Below, piece by piece: positions 12,835-23,710 of a stretch of 64,000 nt of DNA. Numbering within the stretch: the first letter of the stretch is position 1; every line of letters starts with the position of its first letter. The stretch lies in assembly GCF_963921235.1 (NCBI RefSeq), contig NC_086097.1, positions 170,254,001-170,318,000 of the forward strand, in the 5' to 3' direction. Below the pieces are notes generated by a model that did not search any database, was not told the origin of the DNA, and worked only from the letters and a program-made list of their open reading frames with translations. The DNA is from Mobula hypostoma. Lineage: Eukaryota. Position numbers and translations under genes: made by a program.

Positions 12835-13990
12835 AATTGGTATATTGGTTTATTATTGTCACATGTACCAAGGTACAGTGAGAGACTTTGTTTTGAATGC
12901 CATCCATTCAGATCATTTTATTACAACAATGCATTGAGTTAGCACAAGGGCAAACAAAAACAGAGGGCAGTTACAATTACAGAGGAAGTGGAGAGCAGGC
13001 AGACAAAAAAGGGCAAGGTCATAACAAGGTAGATTGTGAGGGCAAGAGTCCATTTCATTGTACTAGGGAGCTGTTCAATAGTCTTATGACAGCAGGATAG
13101 AAGCTGTCCTTGAGCCTGCTGGTACGTGTTTTCAGGCTTTTGTATGTTCTGCCCAATGGGAGGAGGAGAAAAGACGATGTCTGTGATGGTTGGGGTCTTT
13201 GATTATGTTAAACCAGGTTCAGAAACAGTTACTACCCCTCAACCATCAGGCTCTTGAACCATAGGGGATAACTTCACTCAACTTCACTCGCCCCAAGATA
13301 TACTCGAGATAGCACAAAGTGTTGGCAAGAGTTCATGTGCTGACAGTATCCTCAACGCTCTGCAATTTCTTGTGGTCTTATCATTTGATGAAAAAGCATA
13401 AGAGTGTTTCATTTGGAGCATGAATACGGCAGGACACAGATTGGCCTGTATCCAGAGAATCGAAATAATTTGATGTGATGTTTGATTTATAAACCTTCTT
13501 TAACTCCTTTGGTTAGTCATGATTGCTTTGTCCCTCGCTTAGACCCTTCTTCTTGACTGGGATATAGATATTTATACTGAGAATTATGAAGTTCAAAGTA
13601 GATTTATTATGAAAGTATGTATCCTATATACAACCTTGAGATTCGTCTTCTTGCAGGCAACCATGAAACAAAAAAAACACAATAGAACCCATTAAAAAAA
13701 CCCCACGCAATAAAGACAGCTAAACAGTCAATGTGTGAAAAAAGAACAATTCAGCAACCAATAAAAAGTAAACAAATAATTCACAGAACATGAACTGCAC
13801 AGTTTCCAAGAGAGAGTTCATAGTCATGGAGTTAGTTAAGCATTGCAGCCAAACCAAGAGCCCGATGGCTGTAGGCCACAGTCACAGAGCAGTTCAGTGT
13901 TGAGATGAATGAAACCATCCAGGAGCACGATGACTGCAGTCCACATCCATGGAATTAGTTCAGGGAACCTCATGGAGTGAATGGTTAAAC
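12835..13990 (-). mobile_element. Cluster of Rex1-type 3' UTR fragments (mostly minus; short plus piece 13210-13295)
   Basis: Repeated antisense tails (ttggtttattattgtcacatg; gttcaaagtagatttattatgaaagtatg) matching other Rex1 ends in the window. Confidence 0.6.
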
Positions 13991-14179
13991 CTGCCTCATT
14001 ACCTATTACACAGGCATCTGACTCCTTGCTTGGCTCTATAGAACTTCCTCCAGGACACTATCCCAAATGCATTATGTACTTGGAGCTATCATTTCCAACT
14101 TGCTTATCCCAAATTACATGAAGACGTAACCTCCCATATTACACTGTTCTTTTTACCCATCTTTGTTGGTTTATAACTT

Positions 14180-14545
14180 GACCTACCGTGCACCACCAGG
14201 TTCAGGAACAGTTATTACCCCTCAACAATCAGGCTCTTGATCCAGTGGGGATAACGTCACTTGTCCCATCAACAAACTGTTCCTGCAACTTACGGACTCA
14301 CTTTCAAAGACTTATTGCTTACTTATTTATTATTATTATTTTTCTCTTTCCTTTTGCATTTAAAGTTTGTTGTTTTATTTGCACACTGGTTGTTGTCTGT
14401 CCTTTTGGTTGTGGTTTTTCATTGATTCTATTGTGTTTCTTGTATTTGCTGTGATTGTCCCCAAGAAAATGAATTTCAGGATTATAAATGGTGACATACT
14501 ATATATGTACTTTGATAATAAATTTACTTTAAATTTTGAACTTTG
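14180..14545 (+). mobile_element. Rex1/Babar LINE 3' end
   Basis: caccaccaggttcaggaacagttattacccctcaacaatcaggctcttga (TTRFRNSYYPSTIRLL), 3' UTR with a (TTA)n run, tail ...aaatttactttaaattttgaactttg. Confidence 0.8.
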
Positions 14546-14854
14546 GCTATTCTTTTGTGGTCTATACACAACTCATACCAATTTTACTTTCCCTTATCTC
14601 TTTCCAACATCTAACCAGATGGTCTCAGCATTTTCTGAGTCTATGTTGTTTTTAACATTTGCAGTTGCATCATTTCTATTAGTTGAGATACTCACCACCT
14701 TTTCCTCCAGCTCATCCTCTCTTAAATTCAAAGATCCCTCTCCAGTTTTGATCTCCTTGTAACTCTATCTCTGTAAAGCCTGTAAGATCAAAATGGGCCC
14801 TGCAACCCAATTGGTCCATGCTGATCAAGAGTTCCTTCTATAATCAAGGACATG

Positions 14855-15207
14855 ACCCACCCAGCCAACACACTTTTCGTCCCTCTTCCCTCCAGGAGAA
14901 GGCTCAGGAAGACTTGTACAGCCAGATTTGGGAACAGCTTCTTTCCAACCGTGATAAGACTGCTGAACGGATCCTGATCCGGATCTGGGCCGTACCCTCC
15001 AAATATCCGGGCCTGTCTCTCAGTTTTTTTGCACTACCTTACTTTCCCTTTTTTATTTTCTATTTTTGATTTATAATTTAAATTTTTGATAGTTACTATC
15101 GATTTGTACTCCAGGGAGCACGAAGAGCAGAATCAAATATCGCTGTGATGATTGTACCCTCTAGTATCAATTGTCTGGCAACAATAAAGTATAAAGTATA
15201 AAGTATA
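14855..15207 (+). mobile_element. Rex1-type LINE 3' end with (AAAGTAT)n tail
   Basis: gccagatttgggaacagcttctttccaaccgtgataagactgctgaac (ARFGNSFFPTVIRLLN); tail aataaagtataaagtataaagtata. Confidence 0.8.
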
Positions 15208-15589
15208 TTTGCACACCTTTGGACTAAATCTCTCCAAAACTTTCTAATCCATAACTCTGTCATTCAGACACTTAGCGGGGATTCCAACTGAGGCATTTGG
15301 TCAAAATCCTAATTTAGTAGCTTTAGTTCCTCAGCCAAACACATACACCAAGTATATGAACCTCAGATCCTCTCATACTGAGCTGGATTACTGGTGCAAC
15401 CTTATAAATTCATCTACCTTATTACGAATACTTCATGAATCAAGATGCAAAAACTTTTAGCTTGCTATTTTGCCATTTTTGGTCATCTTAACCTTTTTAT
15501 AATGACCTGGGCCTTATTTGCCTCTTCTCCTTTTGCTGTTGCATTCAACACTTTCATCTGTGTCCTTCTTCCGCTCTCTCTCTAGTCAC

Positions 15590-16110
15590 TGTGCTCAAGT
15601 TCCCACCTCCCTGCTATTCTAGTTTGAACCCACACAACAATCACTAGCAAATATTCCCTTCTGGGACATCATTTCCAGTCCTGCTTGATGGGAAAGTGTC
15701 CTACTGGTGCTAGTCCTACCTTCTCCAGAATGGACTTCAGTATCCCAGAAGTCTAAATCCATCCTTTCTGTTTTATCTCCTCAGCCACGCATTCATTTGG
15801 CCCACCTTCCTATTCCATTAATCATTTAGTATGTGGCAATGGACATCATCTCAATGTTACTACCCTTGACGTTCTGTTTTTAACCTTTCTCCTAAACCTT
15901 TAAACTCCTTCTACAAGCCTTTGTTTCTTTTCTAACCTATATTGTTGGGACTGATATCTAGCACCAAATGCAACTATTCCTCTTTCCATTTTAGAATCTT
16001 TACAGTTTCTCTATGGCTCCAAAACCAGGGAGGAAATATCCCATCTTTGAGTCATGCCTGTGGTCTAATTGTTCCCTTTACAATCTCCTATTACTGCAAA
16101 AATCTAGTTC
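15590..16110 (-). mobile_element. Old CR1 ORF1 (esterase region) fragment
   Basis: Colinear but diverged similarity to 21200-21700 (cccacctccctgctattctagtttgaaccc; ttactacccttgacgttctgtttttaacct). Confidence 0.6.
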
Positions 16111-16138
16111 TCATTGGTTCAAGGTTGACAAAGTGCAT

Positions 16139-16505
16139 TGGAATGGAATACCATTCCAATGTATACAAGATAATAAGAGGAATAGCTAGAGTGGATAGCC
16201 AGCACCTCTTCTCCAGGGCACCACTGCTCAACACAAGAGGACATGGCTTTAAGGTAAGGGGTGAGAAGTTCAAGGGGGATATTAGAGGAAGGTTTTTTAC
16301 TCAAAGAGTGGTTGGTGCGTGGAATATACTGCCTGAGTCAGTGGTGGAGGCAGATACCCTTGTGAAATTTAAGAGACTACTAGATAGGCATATGGAGGAA
16401 TTTAAGGTGGGGGGTTATATGGGAGGCAGGGTTTGAGGGTCAGCACAACAATGTGGGCCGAAGGGCCTGTACTGTGCTGTACTATTCTATGTTCTATGTT
16501 CTATA
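16139..16505 (+). mobile_element. Young CR1 3' end with (TTCTATG)n tail
   Basis: VYKIIRGIARVD...TRGHGFKVRG...FFTQRVVGAWN...FKRLLDRHM in ORF 15942..16436; tail ctattctatgttctatgttctat. Confidence 0.9.
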
Positions 16506-16614
16506 TGGTGATGTGCATGTACTCTGATAATAAATTTTAAAATTTACCATTCCAGACATTAGGGTGGAATTGTATTCCTCATTGTATTCTCCTATCAGAC
16601 TTTATCTTTTTCAG

Positions 16615-16792
16615 CTCTTTAGCATTTCTATCTGTCGTTTCCCAGCATTTTTCATCATTCTCACTCTCCCCATCCCTACCTGCCTATCAACCCCATTTCA
16701 CCTGAATTCGCCTATCATCCTCCAACCCTTGCATCATCACATCTTTTATATTGCTGCCTCCCCTCTTTCTTTCCAGTCCCAATGAAGGGTCA
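16615..16792 (+). mobile_element. Penelope-like pLTR fragment with decayed hammerhead 5' half
   Basis: Pyrimidine-rich tract ending ctttccagtcccaatgaagggtc, homologous to 28054-28378. Confidence 0.55.
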
Positions 16793-17289
16793 TATTGTCA
16801 TATACTCAAATACAGGTTCAATGCAAAGCTTACTTGTAGCAGTATCACAGGCACATGGCATTAGAGACACAATATTCACAAACAAACATACATTATACAA
16901 GGAAGAACACAATTAGAGCAAGTTCATTGCCAAAGTGGGGCTTTGCAAATGGGAAAAATGGTCAGGTACATAACCAGTGGCTAGTGTAAGGAGAATCTAT
17001 GATGCTGAGAGGCCAACATTTTGCTGAATAAATAACGTTTAAATTCCTGTTAACCTAGGACTTAATTGGTGAAATGTATCATCAGTCATGGAAGATGCCA
17101 CTTAGTCTGTGCTCCTGTGTGCCTTTACTATTCGGTCCTATTTAGCAGCCGAGTATGTGTTGTGTGTGCCTGTTTCTGAACAATGCAATAGTTTCATAGA
17201 CAGTCAGTTAACTCTTAGAGTTTAGGGTCTTGAAGATATCAATTGCAAACTCTATGCCTTGTAAATAAACCTTTACTGCACAAACCATT

Positions 17290-17406
17290 CTATAGATGCT
17301 GGGAATCTTGAGCAAACATACATAAAATGCTGGAAGAACTCAGCAAATCAGAGATCTACGGAGGCAAGTAAGCAGTTGATGTTTCGGGACGAAACCCTTC
17401 GTCAAC
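17290..17406 (-). mobile_element. Penelope-like pLTR fragment
   Basis: agatgctgggaatcttgagc...aaatgctggaagaactcagc...gttgatgtttcgggacgaaacccttcgtca (antisense hammerhead region). Confidence 0.7.
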
Positions 17407-18097
17407 CTTCACTGCATCTGCTTCTCAATGCAACCATGCATCCATGCTCACTCCTGTTTGGGTCTCCCAGCATTTACCCAGTAGAATCAGTTCTGTCAAT
17501 GGTCAGATGGAGCAGAATCTTTTGCCTCATTGGCTTCAGTGGGGATCGTATGGTCACAAGAAAGAAGCTGGTAAGTAAGTTCCTTTTAAAATTGTTTTGA
17601 TGGATTCCTAGCTTCAAATTATATGATTATAACAATTAATGAATTTTATGTAGTTATTTCCCCAAGTCCTAATTATCCTAGCCAGAAGAAATATTATCTC
17701 TGCCTCTATCCTGTCAAGACCCCTAAGAATTTTGTACGTTTCAATGTGATCACCTTTCATTTTCCTGAACCTGAAAGAGTCCAGAGCAAGTTTGTTTCAT
17801 CTTTCATTGCAGCTCTCCCTGCCAAAACTGCCTTTGCCAGATTGCTTTGAGGCCCACTCTTCAATAAAGTCTGTATTATCAACACAGTATACGTAGTGTG
17901 CAGAGTCATAGAGTCAGAGAGTTGAAGAGTACAGAAATGGATCCTTCTGCCCATCACACCTATGCTGACCTTTTTTACCCATCCACACTAATCCGATTTG
18001 CCCACATTTACATAGGCCATAGAGTAGTACAGTGCATTATGGGCCTTTTGGCCCACAATGTTGTGTCAACCTTTTGGCCTACTCCATGATCAATCTA

Positions 18098-18313
18098 CAC
18101 ACATCAAAGTTGCTGGTGAACGCAGCAGGCCAAGCAGCATCTATAGGAAGAGGCGCAGTCGACGTTTCACGTTACGTTAGTCCTGACGAAGGGTCTCGGC
18201 CTGAAACGTCGACTGCGCCTCTTCCTATAGATGCTGCTTGGCCTGCTGCGTTCACCAGCAACTTTGATGTGTGTTGCTTGAATTTCCAGCATCTGCAGAA
18301 TTCCTGTTGTTTG
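18098..18313 (+). mobile_element. Penelope-derived mini-element with inverted arm, 15-bp TSD
   Basis: TSD TCCATGATCAATCTA at 18083-18097 and 18314-18328. Perfect ~72-bp inverted repeat 18098-18169 / 18202-18273. Confidence 0.85.
18178..18215 (+). ncRNA. Minimal type I hammerhead ribozyme motif
   Basis: TAGTC-CTGACGA-AGG(gtctcgg)CCT-GAA-ACGT-C-GACTG: stem I TAGTC/GACTG, CUGANGA and GAAA boxes, stem II AGG/CCT, palindromic ACGU in place of stem III, predicted cleavage after GUC (18210). Confidence 0.75.
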
Positions 18314-19760
18314 TCCATGATCAATCTAACCCTTCCCTCCGTGTACCAAACTGAGTCTCTTAAGTTACCTAATATATCGGCCTCCATCACTATCTCTGGC
18401 AGAGCATTCCAGGCACATACCACTCTCTGTGTAAAATTTCTACCTCTGACATCTCCTCTAAACTCTCCCATGGTCACCTTAAAAGGATGTCCTCTGGTAT
18501 TAATTATTGCTGTTCTGAAAAAAGTGCTGTCTGTTCACCCTGTCTGTGCCACTCATAATCTTATACAACTCTATGAATTCACCTTTCATCCTTCTTCACT
18601 CCAAAGAGAACTGCAAACTTTTATGCTTTTCCTATTTATTTGTCTAAATGTCTCTTAAAGTGATAATTGCATCAGATTTCACCACCTTCTCTGCCAGATA
18701 TCAATCGCTCTCTGTGTAAAAATACTTAGACTGTTTTGAGTCCTTTGTCTCACCTTAACTCAATGCCTTCTTGTTTTTGATACCCTTTTCTGACTATCTA
18801 GCTTATTTCTGCCTCTCATACTTCTATATACCCTTCAGCCTCCTTTGCTCCAGAGAAATCAACCCAGTTTATCCATCTTTCCCACAATTAAAGTCCTCTA
18901 ATCCAATAAACATTCCTTTGCTTTCTCTCTGGTACAACCACATCCTTCCTCTGGGCAGGGATCTCAGGATTGCTAGAAATAGAAAGATCATGTTTAACAT
19001 GTGGCTAAAGAGAGACTTCAGAGTTTTGGATCATGGGACTCTCTTCCGGGGGATGTGGAACCTGCAGAGAAGAGACGGTTTGCACCTAAACTGGAGGGGG
19101 ACCAATATCCTAGCGGGAAGATTTGTTTATAATGTACGGGGTGGAGTTTAAACTACAGCTACAGGGAGATGGGAACCAGAGCGCCAGAACTGATAGAATG
19201 ATGCTCAGGAATCAAAAGATTGAGCATTGAGGGACTAATGTTCTGAGTTGTTATGGTTGGTGATTTTAACTTTCCACATATTGACTCAAATTCCCATATT
19301 GAAAAAGGACTAGATGAGATGTTCAGGAAAGTTTCTTTACTCAGCACATTGAAGTTTCAATGAGAGAGTGTATGATACTTCATCTGCTATTAAGGAATAA
19401 GACAGGGAAAGTGACAAACGTTTGTGTAGGTGAACACTTTGCATCTAGTGATCACAATGGCAAAGTAAACATGCAGCAAGATAGGTCTGGTCTGCGGGTT
19501 GAGATTCGAAATTGGAGAAAGAACAATGTTGATGGTATTTGAAAGGAACTGGCACATGTGGATTGGGATGGCCTGTTTTCTGGCAAAAGTGTACTTGGTA
19601 AATGGGAAGCCTTCAAAAGTGAAATTTTGAGAGTACAAATCTTGCATGTGCCTGTCAGAATAAAAGGTGAAGATAACAGCTGTAGGGAACATTGGTTTTC
19701 AAGAGATATTGAGCCCCGGTTAAGAAAATAAAGGAGACACATAGCAGGTATAGGCAGCAA

Positions 19761-22495
19761 TTTCCTCCCTCACTTCCTACAGTAGCCTGGGGTGTATCTC
19801 ATCTGGTTCCAGCGACTTATCTAACTTAATGCTTTTCAAAAGCTCCAGCACATCCTCTTTCTTAATATCTATATGCTCAAGGATTTCAGTCCACTGCAAG
19901 TCATTCCCACAATTGCCAAGGTCCTTTTCCTTGGTGAATACTGAAGCAAAATATTCATTAAGTACATCCACTACCTCCTCCGGCTCCGTGCACATGTTTC
20001 TACTATTGAACCTGATCAGTCCTATTCTCACATAGTTCATCTTCTTGCACTTCACATACTTGTAGAATGCCTTGGGCTTTTTCTTAATTCTGCTCGCCAA
20101 AGCCTTCTCATGGCCTCTTCTAGCTCTCCTAATTCCATTCTTGAGCTCCTTGTAATTTTCTAGAACTCTATCAGTGTCTAGTTTTTTGAACCTTTTGTAA
20201 GCTTTTCCTTTCTTCTTAACTAGATTTCTTACTACCTTTGTACACCATGGTTCTTTTACCCTACTATTCTTTACCTGCTTCAATGGAACATACCTATGCA
20301 GAACTCCATGTTCCCTGAACATTTGCCACATTTCTGCCATGCATTTCCTTGAGAATAACTGCTCCCAATTTATGCTCCCAAGGTCCTGCCTAATAGCATC
20401 ATATTTCCCCCTACCCCAATTAAATGTTTTCCCAAATTGTCTGCTCCTATCCATCTCCAGCACTATGGTAAAGGAGATAGAGTTGTGATCACTACCTCCA
20501 AAATGCTCTCCCACTGAGAGATCTGACACCTGACTAGATTCATCTCCCAATTCCCGATCAAGTACAGCCTCTCCTCTCATTGACTTATCTACATATTGTG
20601 TCAGAAAACCTTCCTGAACACACCAAACAAACTAAACCCCATCTAAACCTCTTGCTCTAAGGAGATGCCAGTCAATATTAGTTAAGTTAAGATCTCCCAT
20701 CACAACAACCCTATTATTATTGCTTCGTTCCAGAATCTACCTCCCTATCTGCTCCTTGATGTCCCTGTTACTATTGGGAAGTCGATAAAAACACCCAGTA
20801 GAATTATTGCCCCTCTCCTGTTTCTGACTTCCACCCACACTGACTCAGTAGATAATCCCTCCATGACTTCCTCCATTTCTGCAGCCATGACAATATCCCT
20901 GATTAGCAATACCACGCCCCCACCTCTTTTGCCTCCCTTCCTGTCCTTTCTGACACATCTAAAGCCTGGCACACTTAGCAGCCATTCATGCCCCTAAGAC
21001 ATCCAAGTCCACAACATCATAGTTCCATGTATTGATCCACGCTCTAAGTTCATCAACCTTGTTTATGATACTCCTTGCATTAAAATAGACACATCTCAAA
21101 CCATCAAGCGGAGTGCATCTTTGCTCTATCATCTGCTTATCCTTCCTCACAAACTCCCTACAAGCTGTCTCTACTTGTGCGCTAACCACCCTATCCTCTG
21201 CCCCTTCACTTCGATTTCCACCCCCCTGCAAATCTAGTTTAAAACCTTCCCCAACAGCATTAGCAAACCTCCCCAACAAGATATTGGTTCCCCTTGGATT
21301 CAAGTGCAACCTGTCCTTTTTCTACAGATCACACCTGCCCCAGAAGAGGTCCCAATTATCGAGAAATCTGAATCCCTGTCCTCTGCTGCAATCCTTCGCC
21401 ACGCATTTATCCCCCACCTCATTCTATTCTTATCCTCACAGTCGTGTGACACAGGCAACAATCCAGAGATTACTACCCTTGAGGTCCTGCTTTTCAGCTT
21501 CCTTCCTAACTCCCTGCATTCTGTTTTCAGGACTTCCTCCCTTTTTCTGCCTATGTCATTGATACCAATATGCACCACGACCTCTGGCTGCTCACCCAAC
21601 ATTTTAGGATATTGTGGATGCATTCAGAAACATTACAAACCCTGGCACCTGGGAGGCAAGCTACCATCTCTGCTTCATTATCGTGCCCACAGAATCATCT
21701 ATTGTCTCCCTAACCGTAGAGCCCCCTATTACTGCTGCCATCTTCTTCCATCCCCTACCCTTCTGAGCCACGGGGCCAGACTCAGTGCCAGAGGCACGGC
21801 CACTGTTGCTTCCTCCAGGTAGGGAGCCCCACCCCAACAATACTCAAAATGGAGTACTTAATGTTTGGGGGGGAGGGGTTGGCCACAGGGGTGCTTTCCA
21901 CTACCTGATGCTCTCCTTTTCCTCTCCTGACAGTCACACACTTAACTATCTCCTGTGGCTCCAGTGTAACTACCTGCCTGTAGCTCCTATCGATCACCTC
22001 TTCACTTTCCCAAATAAGCCAAAGGTCATTGAGCGACAGCTCCATTTCCCTAACTCAGTCTCTAAGAAGCTGCAGCTTGATGACCTGGCAATGATATGGC
22101 CATCAAAGAGGCTGGAAGTCTCCCAACTATCCCACATCTGACATCTAGAGCAGAAGATTGGCCCTACAGTCATACCCACTATTCTTAAGTTAGAGGAAAA
22201 AAGAGATCTGAAAGTAACTTACCTCCTTAACTCATCTAGGCCTGTCGTCGCCAAAGTCCCAATGAGCCAAAGCCCTACTATTCTGACTCACATTACTCTG
22301 ATGAGCGCTCTGTTAGGCATTGCCTCCCTTTCATCCTGGAACATCCTCAGTGGCTTTGCGTGATGATGAACTACGGTGCCTGTACACTTCTCCCAATCAA
22401 ATCTCCCGTTGAAAGAAACTCCTCACTTTTAAAACCTTCTCAGTGGCCTTGCGCGATGACAAACTACTGTGTCTGCACACTTCTCGCAATCAAAT
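19761..22495 (-). mobile_element. CR1 5' half: 5' UTR, ORF1 (Cys cluster + SGNH esterase), ORF2 APE endonuclease and linker
   Basis: CSRCQMW; GEQPEVVVHIGINDIG; HLNPRGTNIL; CVYFNARSIINKVDEL; KRGGGVVLLIRD; GEHFGGSDHNSI; KSLEPDEIHPRLL. RT and 3' end absent. Confidence 0.9.
22345..22495. repeat. Two ~58-bp direct repeats in the CR1 5' UTR
   Basis: ctcagtggctttgcgtgatgatgaactacggtgcctgtacacttctcccaatcaaat (~22345-22402) versus ctcagtggccttgcgcgatgacaaactactgtgtctgcacacttctcgcaatcaaat (~22439-22495). Confidence 0.85.
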
Positions 22496-23710
22496 GTTAA
22501 GAGCAAAAGGAATGCAAGGGACAAGATTAGTTCTCTGGAAGATCAGAATGGTAATAAATGTGTGGAGCCAAAACAGATGGGGAAGATCTTAAATGGATTT
22601 TTTTTTGCATCTGTATGGACACAGAGTCTATAGAAGTCAGGCAAAGCAGCAGCGAGGTCATGGACCCTGTACAGATTACAGAGGAGGAGGTGCTTGTTGT
22701 CTTAAGGCAAATTAGGGTGGACAGATCTGTAGGGCCTGACAAGGTGTTCCCTCGGACACTGTGGGATGCAACTCCAGAAATTGCTGGGGCCCTAGCAGAG
22801 ATATTGCTGGGGCCCTAGCGACAGGTGAGGTACCAGAGGATTGGAGGGTAGCTAAAGTTGTTCCACTGTTTAAGAAAGTCTCTAAGAATAAACTAGGAAA
22901 TTGTAGGCTGGTGAGCCTGATATGAGTAGTGGAAAGGTTAGTGGAAGGTCTTCCAAGGGACCAGATATATGTGTATTTGGATCGACATGGACTGACTGGG
23001 GATAGTCAGCATGGCTTTGCGCATGGTAGGTCTGCATGATAATGTGATTAATTGGATCTGCAATTTTGTGGATGACACCAAGACTGCGTCATTGTGGATA
23101 GTGAGGAAGACTTTCAAAGCTTGCAGTGGAATCTGGACCAGCTGGGAAAGTTTACTGTAAAGTGGAGATGGAATTTAATGCAGACAAGTATGAAATGTTG
23201 CACTTTGAGAGGATCAACCAAGGTAGGTCTTACACAGTGAGCGGTAGGGCACTGAGGAGTGAAGTAGGACAAAGGGATCTGGGAATATAGGTCCATAATT
23301 TGATGAATGTAGCATCACAGCTAGATAGAGTTGTAAAGATATCTTTTGTCACTTTGAACTTCATAGGTCAGAGTACTGATTACAGGAGTTGGGATGTTCT
23401 GTTGAAGTTGTATAAGGCATTGGTGAGGCCTAATTTGTATTATTGTGTGCAGTTTTTATCACCTACCTACAGGAAAGATGCAATAAGTTTGAAAGAGTAC
23501 AAAGAAAATTTACAAGGATGTTACTGTGGCTGAAGGACCTGAGTTACAAAGAAAGATTGAATAGATAATAACTTTATTCCCTAGAATCAGGGGAGATTTG
23601 ATAGAGCTATACAAAATTATGAGGTACATTGATAGGGTAAATGCAAACAGGCTTTTTCCACTGAGGTTGGGTGAGACTACAACTAGAGGTCATGGGTTAA
23701 GGGTGAAATG

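Larger units (their letters stand above)
18020..18620 (-). mobile_element. CR1 3' end, host of the Penelope mini-element
   Basis: FRGDVRGRNFTQRVVCAWNALPE in ORF 18172..18477. Confidence 0.8.

Noticed and set aside
18032..18658. 208-aa ORF
   Set aside because: Chance read-through of an antisense CR1 plus the palindromic Penelope insert.
22779..22819. Short direct repeat attgctggggccctagc x2
   Set aside because: Local slippage duplication in a dead CR1; no wider significance evident.
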